From Microbotryum violaceum (Eukaryota), in assembly GCA_001244265.2 (NCBI GenBank), contig CDLV01000006.1:1054001-1118000 (forward strand): a stretch of DNA of 64,000 nucleotides, written 5' to 3'. A program made the translations under genes and the position numbers. Within the stretch, counting starts at the first letter, position 1. Every line of letters begins with the position of its first letter. Positions 26,413 to 40,569 of this stretch are shown one piece after another. The notes under the pieces are model-generated. The model did no database searches, was not told where the DNA came from, and saw only the letters and a list, made by a program, of their open reading frames with translations.

Positions 26413-28257
26413 TTAATCACCTCGTGCCGCAGGGGGTGGTGCTCCTCCCAAATTAGCGAATGGTGCACCACCCCTAATAGGAGGATTCGAATGCGCATCC
26501 TTCTTTACGCTCTCGTACACCTCTCCGAGAATCCCCACTGCGACGGCGCGTTTGCGAAGCATCGCCATGGGGACGCCTTCCTCGGCCAAGACGGTGTCGC
26601 ACACTTCTCGGATGACGGACTCGACTTCGAGCTTGGCACCTTTGAAGAGCGCGTGAAGGCCCTGCATTTCATGTCAAGGGATCAGTGTTGAAATTCTCGA
26701 ACAGCCCAGCCGAGCTCAGAGCAAAAGGCTTACCATCTGAGCAGCCTTGTCTTCAAGCTCCTTCTTCTTCTCATCGCTCAAGCCCGACTTCTCGGCTTGC
26801 GAAATAGCCTCAAAGACATCCTTGAGCGCATAAGCACTGCGCACGGTCGAGACGGTCTGCCCGATGATGTGGGCCGTCGAGCGCGCCGAGTGAAACCAGC
26901 CGGCGACGCCAAAGGGGATGATGCCCGTCGTCGCGAGGTAGTGCTGCGACTTGGACTTGTACACGAACCCGACGGTGTGCAGAAGCTCGACACCGTACGA
27001 CTCTTGCTTCAACTCTTCGGCTTCGATGGTCCACATTGTCCGAACTGTCGGAATTGACCCAAACACAAGTGATATCCCATTAGATCCGTCATTCGCGACA
27101 GCTCGCAAAGATCCGATTTGGAACAAAAAGACTGACCCCCTGAAGCGATCTGCTCATCCTCTTCCCCTTGCGCTTGCTCTGAGAACAAGGCCAACTTGGT
27201 TTTTAAACGTTCGACGAGGTTCTTGACGCGTTCTTGGCGTGCCTTCTCCTTGTGCTCCGCAACCTTCTTCTCGGCTTCGGCCTTGGCTTCCTTCTTCTTG
27301 CGCTTGGCCTCGATCTCCTCCGGTGAAGGTGTCGGAGGTGGTGGTTGGGATGGGTCGTGGGTCTTGGGCATCGTGTCAACCTCTTCCTCGTCTTCGTCTT
27401 GCATCGCCGCCTTCATGTCTTGGCCCAGAGAGATGGTGCCGATAATGTCCTGGAGAGGAATGCGCGGTAGTCAAGTCAAAAAAAGTCAGGAAGGGTGTCG
27501 GGCTCTCTTCGATGCCTAAGATTGAACCGACCTGGAAGCGTTCCCCACCAAACAACTGCGAGAAGATGGCCTCCGGATCGACCATGGCTTCACCGTCCTG
27601 TCCCCCACCATCGCCCTTGCCCTTGCCGAACTCGTTGTAGGCGTGCCGCAGCCCCGGGTCCGAGAGGGTAGTGTAAGCGATCGCGATCTCCTTGAACCTC
27701 TCGGCGGCGGAAGGGTCGTCGGGGTTCTTGTCGGGGTGAAACTTGATGGCCTGTCAGAACGATCGGGATGGAAGCGAAGATGAAGATGGGCAGGTTGAAC
27801 GTAATGTCTCGGGGATGAGATTCTACCGGGAGCCACACTGAACTGACCAGTCGGCGATATGCCTTTTTGACATCCTCGGTCGTGCACGTGACGGGCAATC
27901 CGAGTCGTTCGTAGTAGGTCATATCCAGTGGTCGCTCATCTGAAGATAAGAGAGAGTACAACTCGGTCAGTGTCGGACCACGCAGGCGAGCGCCGGCCGG
28001 CTCCAGTTTGACTGACCTGTTCCAATCCTCCTCTTGGCCTTTTCTTTACCCGACTTGTGCGCGGACGAAGACGACGACGACGAAGAAGCCCCGGGCTTTA
28101 TGATCCACGTCTGATTGCACTTGGCGCAGGCGAGGTTGAAGCCGTCCTTGAGCGTCGACTCGGTCGGTGTCGGGTTGAGATACTCGACCTGGGTGCGACA
28201 GTGCGGACACGTGACGGTGATGTAGGCCTCCTTGAGCCTCGATTGCACGGTCTGCAT
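26413..28257 (-). CDS. DnaJ protein, Djp1/Caj1-like (J domain + DnaJ-X) with an N-terminal CxxC...CxxC segment
   Basis: YYERLGL...[21 protein letters not shown]...[60 protein letters not shown]. Confidence 0.88.
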
Positions 28258-28654
28258 CGCGGCACGGTCTAGAGGTCTAGTGGGATTGACGTGGTCAATA
28301 CTGCTGGGTTTGATGCTGGTGCTTGTCCTGAAAGACGATGGGGCTTGCGATTGAAATATTGATCGATGAGAAGGCTGATCGCCAGGTTGGACCGAAGCGT
28401 GCGTGTGAAATGGAGGCCAGGCCCGTCTTTGGGATTGCAGGAATTCCAAGCCCGAGCAAAGTCCTATTCTACTAATCTACTATTCTACTAATGCGCAATT
28501 CACGGTCTGGCGCGCTTAGCTCGCGCTACTTCGTCCGCGGTGGCCGGCCCAGAGCGGTGACCACCACCCCCGCCTTCGCCTTCGCCCTCGCCTTCGCGCT
28601 GGAATCTAGCAGCTCAGTGCATCACTCTTGAGGCTCGACTCGAACGGCCGTAGG

Positions 28655-30491
28655 ATGTGGAGAAGGGAACCGTCACCTCAACTGCAAGCATCATCCTCGC
28701 TCGGCCCCTTGCCGCCTCTTCCCGAGACTGCACCACCGCACGGAGCCATGTACGATGACCCGTATGCCGCCCAGCACGTCGCGGCTCAGCAACAGCAACA
28801 GCAGGGGCAGGGGCAGCCGGGACAAGCTCTAGATGGTCAGTAGACTTCTGATCGTATCGCGCTATTCCTTCCTGACCCGGTGCTGGTGGGCATGCGATTC
28901 TGGTCGCTCTTTTGCAGTGTATGGAATGCCGATCGAGTCCAAGCGAGACAAGCGACGGCGAGACATGGTCGAGCGCGTCGCACGCCTGCACGAGGATACC
29001 ATCGCCCGAAGAGACAGGTCAGTTTCCTTCACCGCCATCCCCTACATGTTACCTATGCACGGCATCGTGCCCCTGGAAGGTGTGGCCGCTCGCAATCGTG
29101 CCCATTGCCCACGCCCACCACGCCCACGCCCTGCGCCTGCGCTGCTCCGGATTGACGTCCGACCCCGGCCCGCTCGAGCCAGCATGTTCGTTACGCCTCT
29201 TTCGCCCAACCACGCGCGGCAAACGGCAAGCGGCAAGCGGCGCCCGGGCTTTCGGTTCCAAGCGCGCCTGAGCCCTCGGAGAGCAATCGAGGCGCTCCTC
29301 TCTCTTGCGGACCCCTTTTGCTGACTTGGAGATGCGAACGCGTTCCATACACCCGCAGAGTCTTTCATGAACTGTCCGACATTTTCGCCCGTACGACCGA
29401 AGAGTTGCTGCCCCCACCCGTCTTCCCCAATGCAGGCGACCCCTCGGCTCCGGTCGAAACCTTGCCCCCCTCACTCGCCTGCACCGACCCCGTCATCCCC
29501 GACATGCACCCGACCCAATTCCTCTTTGGGTTGCACCGCCTGTCGATGGAACGCTCTAATCAACTCGTCGCGACCAGGCTCTTTCATGCGCACCAAAAGA
29601 CGGTTGCGCGGAAACTGTACGAAGCCGAGGTCGAAAGGATTGAGGAAGAGTACGAGTCCGCGGCCAAGGGGGTCGTCGAGAGGTTGTTGGAGGGCGTCGA
29701 GGAGCGGAGACGGAGGTTGACTGAGGAAAAGGATGGCGAAGGTGTCACATTAGGTACGCGTAAGACCCCGCTCGAGCTCTGCCACGCCCATATGGTGCTT
29801 GAGCATCCATAGCTCACCCCATCGTCCCATTGCTCTGTCCACAGACACCTTCCTGGATCCCCAAGCTCGGTCACACGGGACGAGGCGCATGCGAGGTATT
29901 CCAAGCTCCTCGTCGCGTCGAGCGCTGTTCTCCTCGCTCGATTCGTCCGACGTTAGCGGCGCCGGCGCCTCAGGTGATGGTGCGAACGGCGCAGGTCCTT
30001 CGTCCGCAGTCGCCAACGGTCTAGGTGGCATCAGTTCGACACATATGCATTCTCTCCTATCCTTCAACGGCGTTCAAGATCCATTCCACCTCGCACAGGC
30101 GTTCCTCCCTCATCCAAATCACCCGACTTCGCACCCTTTGCTCTCCTCGCTCGCGGCTTCTTCAACGATGTTGGTCGGTGGCTCGATGGGCCTCTTACCC
30201 GGATCAGCCTCAAATGCTGCTTCGACCCTCTCGGGAGGTGGAGGACATTCTATGAAGCGCAAATCTGGAGTACCGAGGGCCCAACCGGGTTTACCACCTA
30301 CGAATTTCAGCGTCGCTGTTGGGGTTTATGCGTTCCAGAACAAGTGTCAACCTGGTCTCAGTAGTTTGAGAGTGGATGAGATTGAGCTGGATTTGGGGGA
30401 GGTGAGGAGGAAGAAAGCGAGGACGGGGACGGGAGGCGCTAATGGGACTGGAGGTGGGGGAAGAGGGAGGAGAAGGGAGGAAGTGTGTTGA
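28655..30491 (+). CDS. Sds3/Dep1-like Sin3-Rpd3 complex subunit (coiled coil)
   Basis: ESKRDKRRRDMVERVARLHEDTIARRD; LSMERSNQL...LYEAEVERIEEEYESAAKGVVERLLEGVEERRRRLTEEKD; EIELDLGEVRR. Confidence 0.7.
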
Positions 30492-30625
30492 AGGTGGCGG
30501 GGCGGCTTAGATGAGGACGGTCTTTTTGCTGTATGTAAATGTGTATACCTTTCCGTCGCTCTGGGTGCACCTTGCCGACCTTTTCTTCGTAATCGCATGG
30601 ACGGATGCTCTCCCTTGCAAGCACA

Positions 30626-31789
<1,164 letters not shown>

Positions 31790-32158
31790 GCGAACCGTGT
31801 GAGGGAGTTGTGAGGGTGACTGCGAGGCCGGTGACCCAAGAGCCAGAGCGCCAGAGAGAGGCTGAGAGAGCGGCTCCGTTCTGGATCAGGCTCGGCGGCG
31901 GGCGGATCGCGGAGGATCGGCATGCCGTCGTCGGGTCGCGCTTGGGCCGAGTTCATGCGTTCATGATCGACCGTAGTGACGGAGATTAGTAATACCCAGC
32001 CCGCCGCTGCCTGCCGCTCGAAGCGCGGAGAAACGCGGAATTGATCCTTCGCACTCCCCCGCGCTCCTTTCCCTTCGCCGGCGCCCTTCCTTGTGTATCG
32101 ACGTGCTTTCGCGACACGCCCACCCTTCTATAGCCCACCTGTCTTTTCCGTAAGCTGC

Positions 32159-34247
32159 ATGGCCATGTCTACATCTCTTATCAAGCGGCTGATGTATGAA
32201 GCCTCTTCCCCACCCTTTTGTCGGCTGATTACTACCGCAGTTCCGCAGCTTCTCTCGCAGGAGTATGAGTCCCCCCACTCACACTCAGGTCAACGGCCAC
32301 GGCCCCGTTGCCAACGGCCACAAGGACAAGATTCAATGGGATTACTTCATCAGTGACAACGGTCGCAAGTGGACTCCTTCTGCTAGTCAGTACAACCTCC
32401 GCCTCTCCTCCCTCTCCCCTGGGCTTCGACCTTATCTTATCGCCGGCGCAAGTCAGCTGACCCGTCCCCGCTCAATCTCTTGCCCGCCTTTGACTCACGA
32501 CCTCCTTGGCGCACCAAAACCATTTTTCTTGCTCGCCTTCTCTTGGTTTTCGCCGAAATTCTTCGAGCACAGTCCGAGGTCTGCTCCACCGAGAAGAAAT
32601 TCCGGGCATGATCTCTTTCCTCGCCGGTAAACCCAACCCGACCACCTTCCCCTTCTCTTCGATCTCGGTGACGCTCAAACCGATCGTCCCAACCGCTGGA
32701 CCCGAGACGCTCGTCGTCGAGGGGGAGAACCTCAACGAGAGCTTGCAGTACGGTCCTACCGCAGGTTTGAAGAAGTTGGTTACTTGGTTGGAGGATTTGC
32801 AGGTGATGAAGCATTCGAGGAAGAAGGATGGAAGTTGGGGCGTTAGTATCGGTAGTGGCAGTCAGGATCTGATCAACAAGGTGCGTTGGGTCGGGTCGAG
32901 GAGAAGGTAGGGGTGAGGTGTCGCTGGGATCGCAGAGGCTGACTGGCCCAATTATACGGCAGGCCTTCCACTCTTTGGTCAATGAGGGCGACACCGTCTT
33001 GGTCGAGACACCACTCTACTCGTGAGTGCCTCGTCGCCGAGGGATCGGACCCGGAAAACCCTGCCAGTGCTGAGTTCGCCATTCACCCGTTGTACGCACA
33101 GTGGGACCATTGGTCTGCTTCAGCCCATGTCGTGCGATTTGGTCGGTGAGTGGACAACCCATTAGTGTTCTCTCGAGGTTCCCTACTATAATGTTGCTGA
33201 CAACATTCCGTCACGTCCTCGTAGAAATCCCAACCGACGCCCAGGGTATCAACACCCCCGTGCTCGAGGACATGCTCGCCAACTGGGTGACCCTGCACCC
33301 GAACAAGCGCTTTCCCAAAATAATCTACACGATTCCGACCGGCTCGAACCCTACCGGATGCTCGTCCCCGCTCGAACGTCGCGTACACCTGCTCAAGCTT
33401 GCGCGCCAGTACAACCTGCTGATCCTCGAGGACGACGCTTACCACTACCTTGTGTTTGATGTGACGAACCAGCCCCCGTCGTACTTTGATCTTGAGGCGC
33501 AGAATGGGGGCCAGACGGGTCGTGTCCTTCGTTTCGACTCGCTGAGCAAGATCATCAGTTCGGGTTAGTCCTCGAGGCCGTGTCCCAAGAACTCGCAAAT
33601 CTTTTGACCTCTCACTGACGTGATTCCGCACTGAATGGTTGTGGACCTTCCAGGCATGCGATTGGGTTTCGTCTCGGGTGCCAAGGAGCTGTTGAGGATC
33701 ATCGACCTGAACACGGCCAACACCAACCTACAACCGGCCTCAACGACGCAATCGATCGTGCTCGTCCTGCTCGAGCGGTGGGGCCACCAAGGTTTCATCG
33801 AGCACACGCGACGCGTTTCGGCGTTCTACAAGGAGAAGCGGGACATGTTTGAGAAGGCGGCTCGAAAGCACTTGGGAGGGTTGGCCGATTGGGTCACGCC
33901 TGATGCGGGCATGTTTGTGAGTGGGTTGGGCTATTTTTCACAAAGGAGAAGCGTCGGTGCCCTTGGCTCATCGTCTTGTGAATGCTGTCCCGTCACAGTT
34001 GTACCTGAACCTGCACCTTACCTCGAACGAAAGTTCGGGCGATTCGGATGAACTCATTTCCAAGAAGGCGCTCGAAAAGGGAGTTCTCGCTGTACCAGGC
34101 GTTGGGTTCTCCCCTTCAGGATCGATCAGTTCGTCCGTGCGCGTGTCGTTCTCTTTGGCGACGGAGGAGGATGCAGATAAAGGGTTTGCGAGGTTGGCCG
34201 AGGCCGTGAGGGAGGCGAGGGCCGCGGCCGGGGTCGTAGACGAGTAG
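32159..34247 (+). CDS. PLP-dependent class I aminotransferase (2-aminoadipate/kynurenine/aromatic, Aro8/AADAT-like)
   Basis: ISFLAGKPNP; LQYGPTAG; GSGSQDL; YTIPTGSNPTG; ILEDDAY; DSLSKIISSG|MRLG (PLP lysine); PDAGMF; GVLAVPG; VRVSFS. Alternative start at 32265. Confidence 0.92.
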
Positions 34248-34722
34248 TTTTGGAAAAGTTTATTTTGTTTTAGTTGTAATGAATGCTTAGATATTTTAGT
34301 CGGATTTTGCTGGAGTGAGTCGGTCGGCCAGTGCTCGGCCGAGCTACTGCCGAGCTACTAAGACCTACTAATTAAGATTAAGACAGACTAAGACGGGGCA
34401 GAGTCATTCGAAGTTCCCTCGGCTGCTGGTCTCGGCTGGCTTCGCTTCGAGCGCACACACGCCCGCCCGCCCGTCATCCTCGTCCGCGAGCTGTTTGCGG
34501 CGCTGGATCTTGAACAGCGGTCAAGAGCGTAGGTGGAGCAAAGGATCGGATTGTGACGACTCTATGCCCTCGAGTGAGGAGGGACTAGGCTCGGAACGCA
34601 CGCGACTGTTGAAAGGATTCAAGTGGCGACTCGACGCGATCTCAAAAACACCGAGACGTTCGATTTGAGCTCGACAGCGACCGCATCAGTCTCGCCGCGT
34701 CGTGAGCGTGCTTGAGCACGAG

Positions 34723-37078
34723 ATGAGGATCCTGTCTTGGAATGTGAATGGGATCAAAACGTTGCCCTTCTACCACCCGTGAGTGCGAGTGGAGGCGTTG
34801 ATAGCCTGCTGCGATCAGGTTATGAACTGACCGACGCTTTCTGGATGTCGTGTGGTCATCCTCGTACAGGTGGAATGCACTCAAGGAGCACGAAAAGATT
34901 ATTGATGCCTTAAAGGCCGATATCGTCTGCATCCAGGGTGGGGTACACCTTCCTCGTTCAGTCCAGCGCGTTCTCGTCGCTCGCAACTGACCATTGCCGG
35001 TTGAACTCCGCCTTTGGGGAGACAGAGACCAAGATCACGCGAAAACTGATGGGCAAAGACCTGGCCGTAATGAACGAGTTTGACGCCTTCTTCTCCTTCC
35101 TCCGTCCTCCGGCTGGACGCCACGGGACCGCCATCTTCACTCGTCGATCGGCCTTGGTCCCCGTCAAGGCCGAGGAAGGATTGAGCTCGGTGCTGATTCC
35201 GGGCTCGACGGCGAACGAAGGTCGCATCGGGGGCTATCCATCCTTCTCGGACCAGGATGATTGGACACATGATGATGTGGTCAAGCTCGAGAGTGAAGGC
35301 AGGACGACCGTCATCGATTGTGGCATGTTCGTCCTGATCAATCTGTCAGTGGCGGATGCACACTTTCCTCGTAGCTTTTCATCCGCGCTGATGTTTAGCT
35401 GAGCTTCTTCACAGATACTCGCCCAATCTGACGAACGAGGACCGCCTCAAGTTCAAAAACGACTTTAATGTGCTCATCGACACTCGTGTGCGCAACCTCA
35501 TCCAACTCGGTCGTGAAGTGATCGTCGTCGGCGATTTGGTGAGAAGTCTCGGGTGATCTTGTCAGTCGACAGCTTCCGAATCTGACCAGAGTTTCCTTTG
35601 TGTCTCACAGAACATCGTGCTCCATATGAACGATACGAGTGAACCACACAACATCAGCAAAGATGGTGACGTGTCCCAGTTTGATGCACCGCAGTACCGT
35701 CGGTGGCTGCAGAACTTCGTTGGTCCCTCCGGCCCCATGATCGACATCGTTCGACACCTCCACCCCGACCGTAAAGGGATGTACACCTGTTGGGACACCA
35801 AGACCGAAGCGCGCAAGAGCAACCATGGCGCACGCATCGATTACATCCTCATTACCCCTGGTCTACGACCCTGGGTCAAAGAAGCCGATATTCAAGCCGA
35901 CGTTCCGGGATCCGATCACTGTCCCATCTACGTCGATTTCCATGATGAGATCGATATCGAGGGTAGAGGGACCGTCAAGGTATGGGATGAGATGAACCCG
36001 AAACGGAGTGGATCAGATAGGGACCCGGCCAAGCAGCCTGAGGCCCCGCAATTTGCAACTAGGTTCTACTCCGAGTATTCGAGCAAGCAGAAGAGCATCA
36101 ATGCTTACTTCACCAAAGGGCGCGTACCGAGCGCATCAGCTTCCCCTTCGCCGATACCTCCTACTGCTTCGGCCTCATCTCCTTCTTCCGTTCAGCCAGC
36201 TTCACCTGCTTCTCACTCGTCGAATGTACCTTCGGCCAAGGCCTTGGGCAAATGTCCTGCCGTTCCAGAACTCGAGCCTTCTCCCCCACCCCCACCAGGT
36301 GGCCAGCAAAAGCTCTCCGGCTTCTTCAAACCCCCACCGCAGCCCAAGCCCGCGAAGAAGACCAAAATCACCAAGGCGAGCACAGTCAAAGTCTCCAAAG
36401 CCAAGACCAAAGAATCGACGTCATACACTCCCCTGGTAGCGTCGGCAAGCACGTCCACACCCCCCGCAGCTTCTGAAGCGATCGAGCTCCTTTCCTCCTC
36501 CTCCGAAGATGAACCCACCCCAAGCTCTTCCTCCACAACGACAACGAACTCAACTTCGACTCGGGCACGTTTCTGCGCAGCCGAATCGCCCTCCGAAGTC
36601 TTCGATCCGTCCGATCTAGAAGCCGCTTACGAAGCCGCGAACGCGACGACTACCCAGTGGAATTCCATCTTTGCGACCAAGGCCGCGCCGTTGTGCGATG
36701 TGCATCAAGAACCGGCCAGGCTTTGGACGGTCAACAAGTCGGGGATCAATAAAGGGCGGAGGTTCTATCTTTGTGCTAGGTAGGTTCTTCGTCGAAGTCG
36801 CTCGGTTCTTCGTTGGGGAAGTGGGATGTTGATCTGTGGGGCTTTTGTGATGCTGTGCAGACCCGTCGGTCCTGGGTACGATAATGGTAAACGACCCAAA
36901 TCGAGCGTCAACCCAGAATGGCGTTGCGATTTCTACCAATGTGCGTCCGACTCGTCATGGCCTTGAAATGTCAAGATAGTGGCTCGAAGCTGACCTCTTG
37001 GTCTTATTAGGGGAGACCCAAGTCAAGCGACCGGCTGGGATCGCCTTGGATCGAGCGGGCAAAAAGGCCAAGTCCTAA
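34723..37078 (+). CDS. APN2: AP endonuclease 2 (ExoIII family with PIP boxes and C-terminal GRF zinc finger)
   Basis: MRILSWNVNG; ADIVCIQ|ETK; EGR; VVGDL|N; YTCW...RIDYIL; GSDHCP; QKSINAYF and QQKLSGFF; PLCDVHQEP...NKGRRFYLCAR|PVG...WRCDFYQ|W. Confidence 0.95.
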
Positions 37079-37208
37079 TCGTGCAACTGCTTATTCGTGT
37101 CTCGAAGTTTCTTGTTCTCGTTGTACAACTGTTGTCTTTATCTCCCGCTTTTTGACGCAACGTTGCCAACTTTGTACTTCCGTTGCATGATACTATCATA
37201 TCAGGTAT

Positions 37209-39048
37209 CTAAGGCTGCTTACGGGCTTTCTCGCGTAGTTGTGTAATCACTTTGGGATTGAACATCTCATCCCCTTCGACGATACTGTAGGCCCGAATAG
37301 AAGGGATCAGAATCGAATCTGTCCAGATGTATTCTATCCGAATTGCGATCGACTCACCGTGAGCGTCTCCAAGGCATCCCCCACTCCCACCACTTTTGGC
37401 CCAACAAAGCTTCGAGGTTCTTGCTCGCTCCGAGATCGAACAAAGGTTCCTCCGGGTCCACAGCGATGATCACTCCCTCCTCTGGTGGATTTTGCTCACC
37501 CTCCACGAGGACAGATAAAGACGAGGTTTGATTTCGAGGTGCTGGAGGTAGGTAGATGTATATCCGAGGATTGTAGGTCTTGGATTTTGAAGAAGATCGG
37601 GCTCGATGACGACGGATGCGCTCGACTTGGACCGCTGACAGGCCCTGGCGCGCGTTGAGGATGATGGTTGTGATCACTAAGGAACAAGAGAGGGCCTTTT
37701 CAGCTCCACAAAGCCTCCTTTTTTGACTGAGCGCATACGCGAGCGAACTCACTGGCTATCCCAACGAGCATGACAAACACCGCTGTCACGACGACGAGGA
37801 GAGGACCAAAGTGAGGTGAGGACAGCAGAGGACAGGGGTCGTACGTGGGATCCTGGTGTCCCTGGACTCGTAAGAGCGGCGGATGACTGGACGATCCGTA
37901 TACACGGTATGCTATGAATATACCATAAGCATAGCTATGCGGAAGGTGAAGGGATGAGCCTGACCGTTGGTGGTTAGACGCTGGGCGAATGACACTAACC
38001 GAGTGACAGGTCCGCCGATCCAGCTGAGCTTTCGGTCCCACCACCGCTCACGAAGCTCGACCGAATCCCAGGTAGTTTCGAGCACTCTCATCAACGCCTC
38101 GTATATGATAGGGAGGAGCGGGATAATGGAGATGCCGATCAACAGGACGGCGGCCTGGCCCGAGAAAAAGTGTACAAAAGTGTGTAAAGGTGAGCTCGGG
38201 AATCCGTCCGCTGACTCCAGGTTCGCAAGACATACAACGAGGAAGCAGAAGAACGGTTTGATAGATTCTATTGCAATACACGCATCCATAAACGGACAGT
38301 GATGATCGAAGCCTGGTCTGTGGACGAGACAGATGCTTCAGCTTTCGCCATCTGGAGCACATGGCGTTGTTCCGAGATGCCGACTCACATGCATACACCA
38401 CAGTCGTTACAATGCCGTGCTTTGACCGGTCTCCATCGCTTACATTGATTACACATTTTGGCTTTTCCGTCGGAATTGCATTCGAAGATCTGCCCAATTG
38501 AAAACTTGTGAGACTGAGTGACTGCTCGGGAGTTATTTCGCACACAAGTCCTCGGAAGTTGGGGCTGCGGACATACCACCTTGCGCTGTTGGACCTCGAT
38601 CGGAGGCTCACCATCTCCGTCTATCCGATGCGAAGCGAAGCGCACAAGTCCAAAGCACAAGATCACGACCGAAAGAAGTACGATGAACTGCAGTTGATAC
38701 ATCCGGGCGACGGAATGTCGTCCTCGGACCAGTGCGAGGTAATTGGCTGTGGACTTCGACAGCCAATCAGCTCGTGACTCGTTGGTCAAGGCGAAAGTAC
38801 AAGGGCCAGAGCCCACCTGTTTGTACCATACCGAGAGCATACCCCTTGTAGGCCAACACGATTAACAGCGGCGGGATCAGCTTGCCCAGAATCACGTTGG
38901 GTCTCGTCCATCGACTCCGAGCTCTCCTCCTCCGTGCCGAGGCCGAATCGGTGTTGCCCGGGGCATGGACCTGCGTCTGGGTATCGATGAGACGAGTCGA
39001 CTCCTGTGCAGCCACGAGTGCTCTGCTCGCAGCGTGCTCAAGGGTCAT
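37209..39048 (-). CDS. DHHC palmitoyltransferase
   Basis: CNQCKRWRPVKARHCNDCGVC...GFDHHCPFMDACI; flanking transmembrane segments; PLFDLGASKNL...WWEWGMPW. Confidence 0.9.
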
Positions 39049-39312
39049 CCGACCTGGCTGACTCGAGTCGATCACTCGGCCGTCGGGGGCGCGTCCGGGA
39101 TGACAAGCTGCCCGCGCCTCGATCGAGGCTCGCTCAGCCGACTCGCTCGGGACGGTGACGTAGTGCGAAGACCGGCGCTGGCGATTGGCTCCAACTTGGA
39201 GCCGGTCACAGTGTCTCCTCTTGTCAATCGCACCTCCTTTAACCAGCCACGCCACTCCTCGGCGCAACTCTTGCGAAGACCAACTTTTTCTGATCATTCA
39301 CCACCATCCAAT

Positions 39313-40399
39313 AGTGAGTACGTGCGCTCTGCTCGCACCGCCCATGCTGCGCTCGAGGAACACGTCTACGCCGACTCACGTGCTAATCTCCTCGCCGACT
39401 GCTGCTCCTTACTGCCCTCGCCTCCTACAGTGGGTTCAACATTCCCCGACTACTATGCCATCCTAGGTGAGAGCTACCAGCCAGATCTCTACGTCCACCG
39501 TGTACCGCACGTCACCAACTGACACGTCATTTCATCTCACCTTGGATCGTGACTTGGTGACGCGACAGGCATCGAACCGAGCGCCACACCCGAACAAGTC
39601 AAGACAGCCTACAAGCGCAAGTCGTTGCTCTGCCACCCGGATCGGATCCCTGCTGGTCCAGAAGCCGAAGCCAAGAAGAAGAAGGCGACCGTTGAATTCC
39701 AAGCGGTCAGTCATGAATGATGGGGAGGGAAAGCTCGCCGTTTGTTCGGAGAGAACTGACGACGTGGTCGGTGATTCTGCTCGGATATCTCCCAATCACA
39801 GGTCGCAGATGCGTACTACACCTTGTCGGACACTTCTCGGAGATCCAACTATGACCAACTAAGATCGTCGCGCCCTTCGTCATCCCGGACATCCAACTTT
39901 GATTCGTCCTCCTCGTACTTCAATTTTTTCAACTCGGCTCGCCAATCCAACACCGCCGATGCGCAAGATGCGTACGACGACGACAAGGAGAGCGATGCAG
40001 GGACCCAACCCGATGCGGAACACGTCTTCGGTAGCGTGTTCGAGGACATGCTGAGACCCGAAGTCAATCGACACGTGCCCGTTTGGACTTGGGCAGGCGC
40101 AGCGAGTGGCGCCGTGCTCGGATTCGTCAGTCAGGCCTTGATAGGTTTAACGACAAGAGAAGATGAGCTCACTGGCGTTGTAAATATCTTTGCCTTTTCG
40201 TCAGATTGCCGGGAATTTACCAGGAGCCGCTGTGGGGGGCTTCGCTGGCTCGAAACTCGGAGCCGTGCGAGATGCCAAGGGAAAAGCCGTCTATACCGTC
40301 TTCAAAGAGCTCGGATCAGATCAGAAAGCACAAGTACTGGCCGCTTTGGCCGCCAAAGTGTTTGGGATGGCAGGGATCGGGGGACAAGGATCGCGATAG
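39313..40399 (+). CDS. Small J-domain protein with a glycine-rich hydrophobic C-terminal hairpin; ATG split by an intron
   Basis: A|TG GST FPDYYAIL|GIE...VKTAYKRKSLLCHPDR; EFQA|VADAYYTLSD...RSNYD; VFGSVFEDMLRPE; GAASGAVLGF|IAGNLPGAAVGGFAGSKLGAVRDAKGK. Confidence 0.88.
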
Positions 40400-40569
40400 T
40401 GGTGAGAGGGGGGTGTAAATGAGATGCTTCATCACTTCCCTCCATGGATTTTCGCGCGGCCTTACGCCGCGACTTGTGAAATAGTATAATTTGACTCTGC
40501 AACAACAACCACGAAGACAGCACGACGTGGCCGAGACAAGTCTCCAAGACATTAATTTATCTCGAGCAT

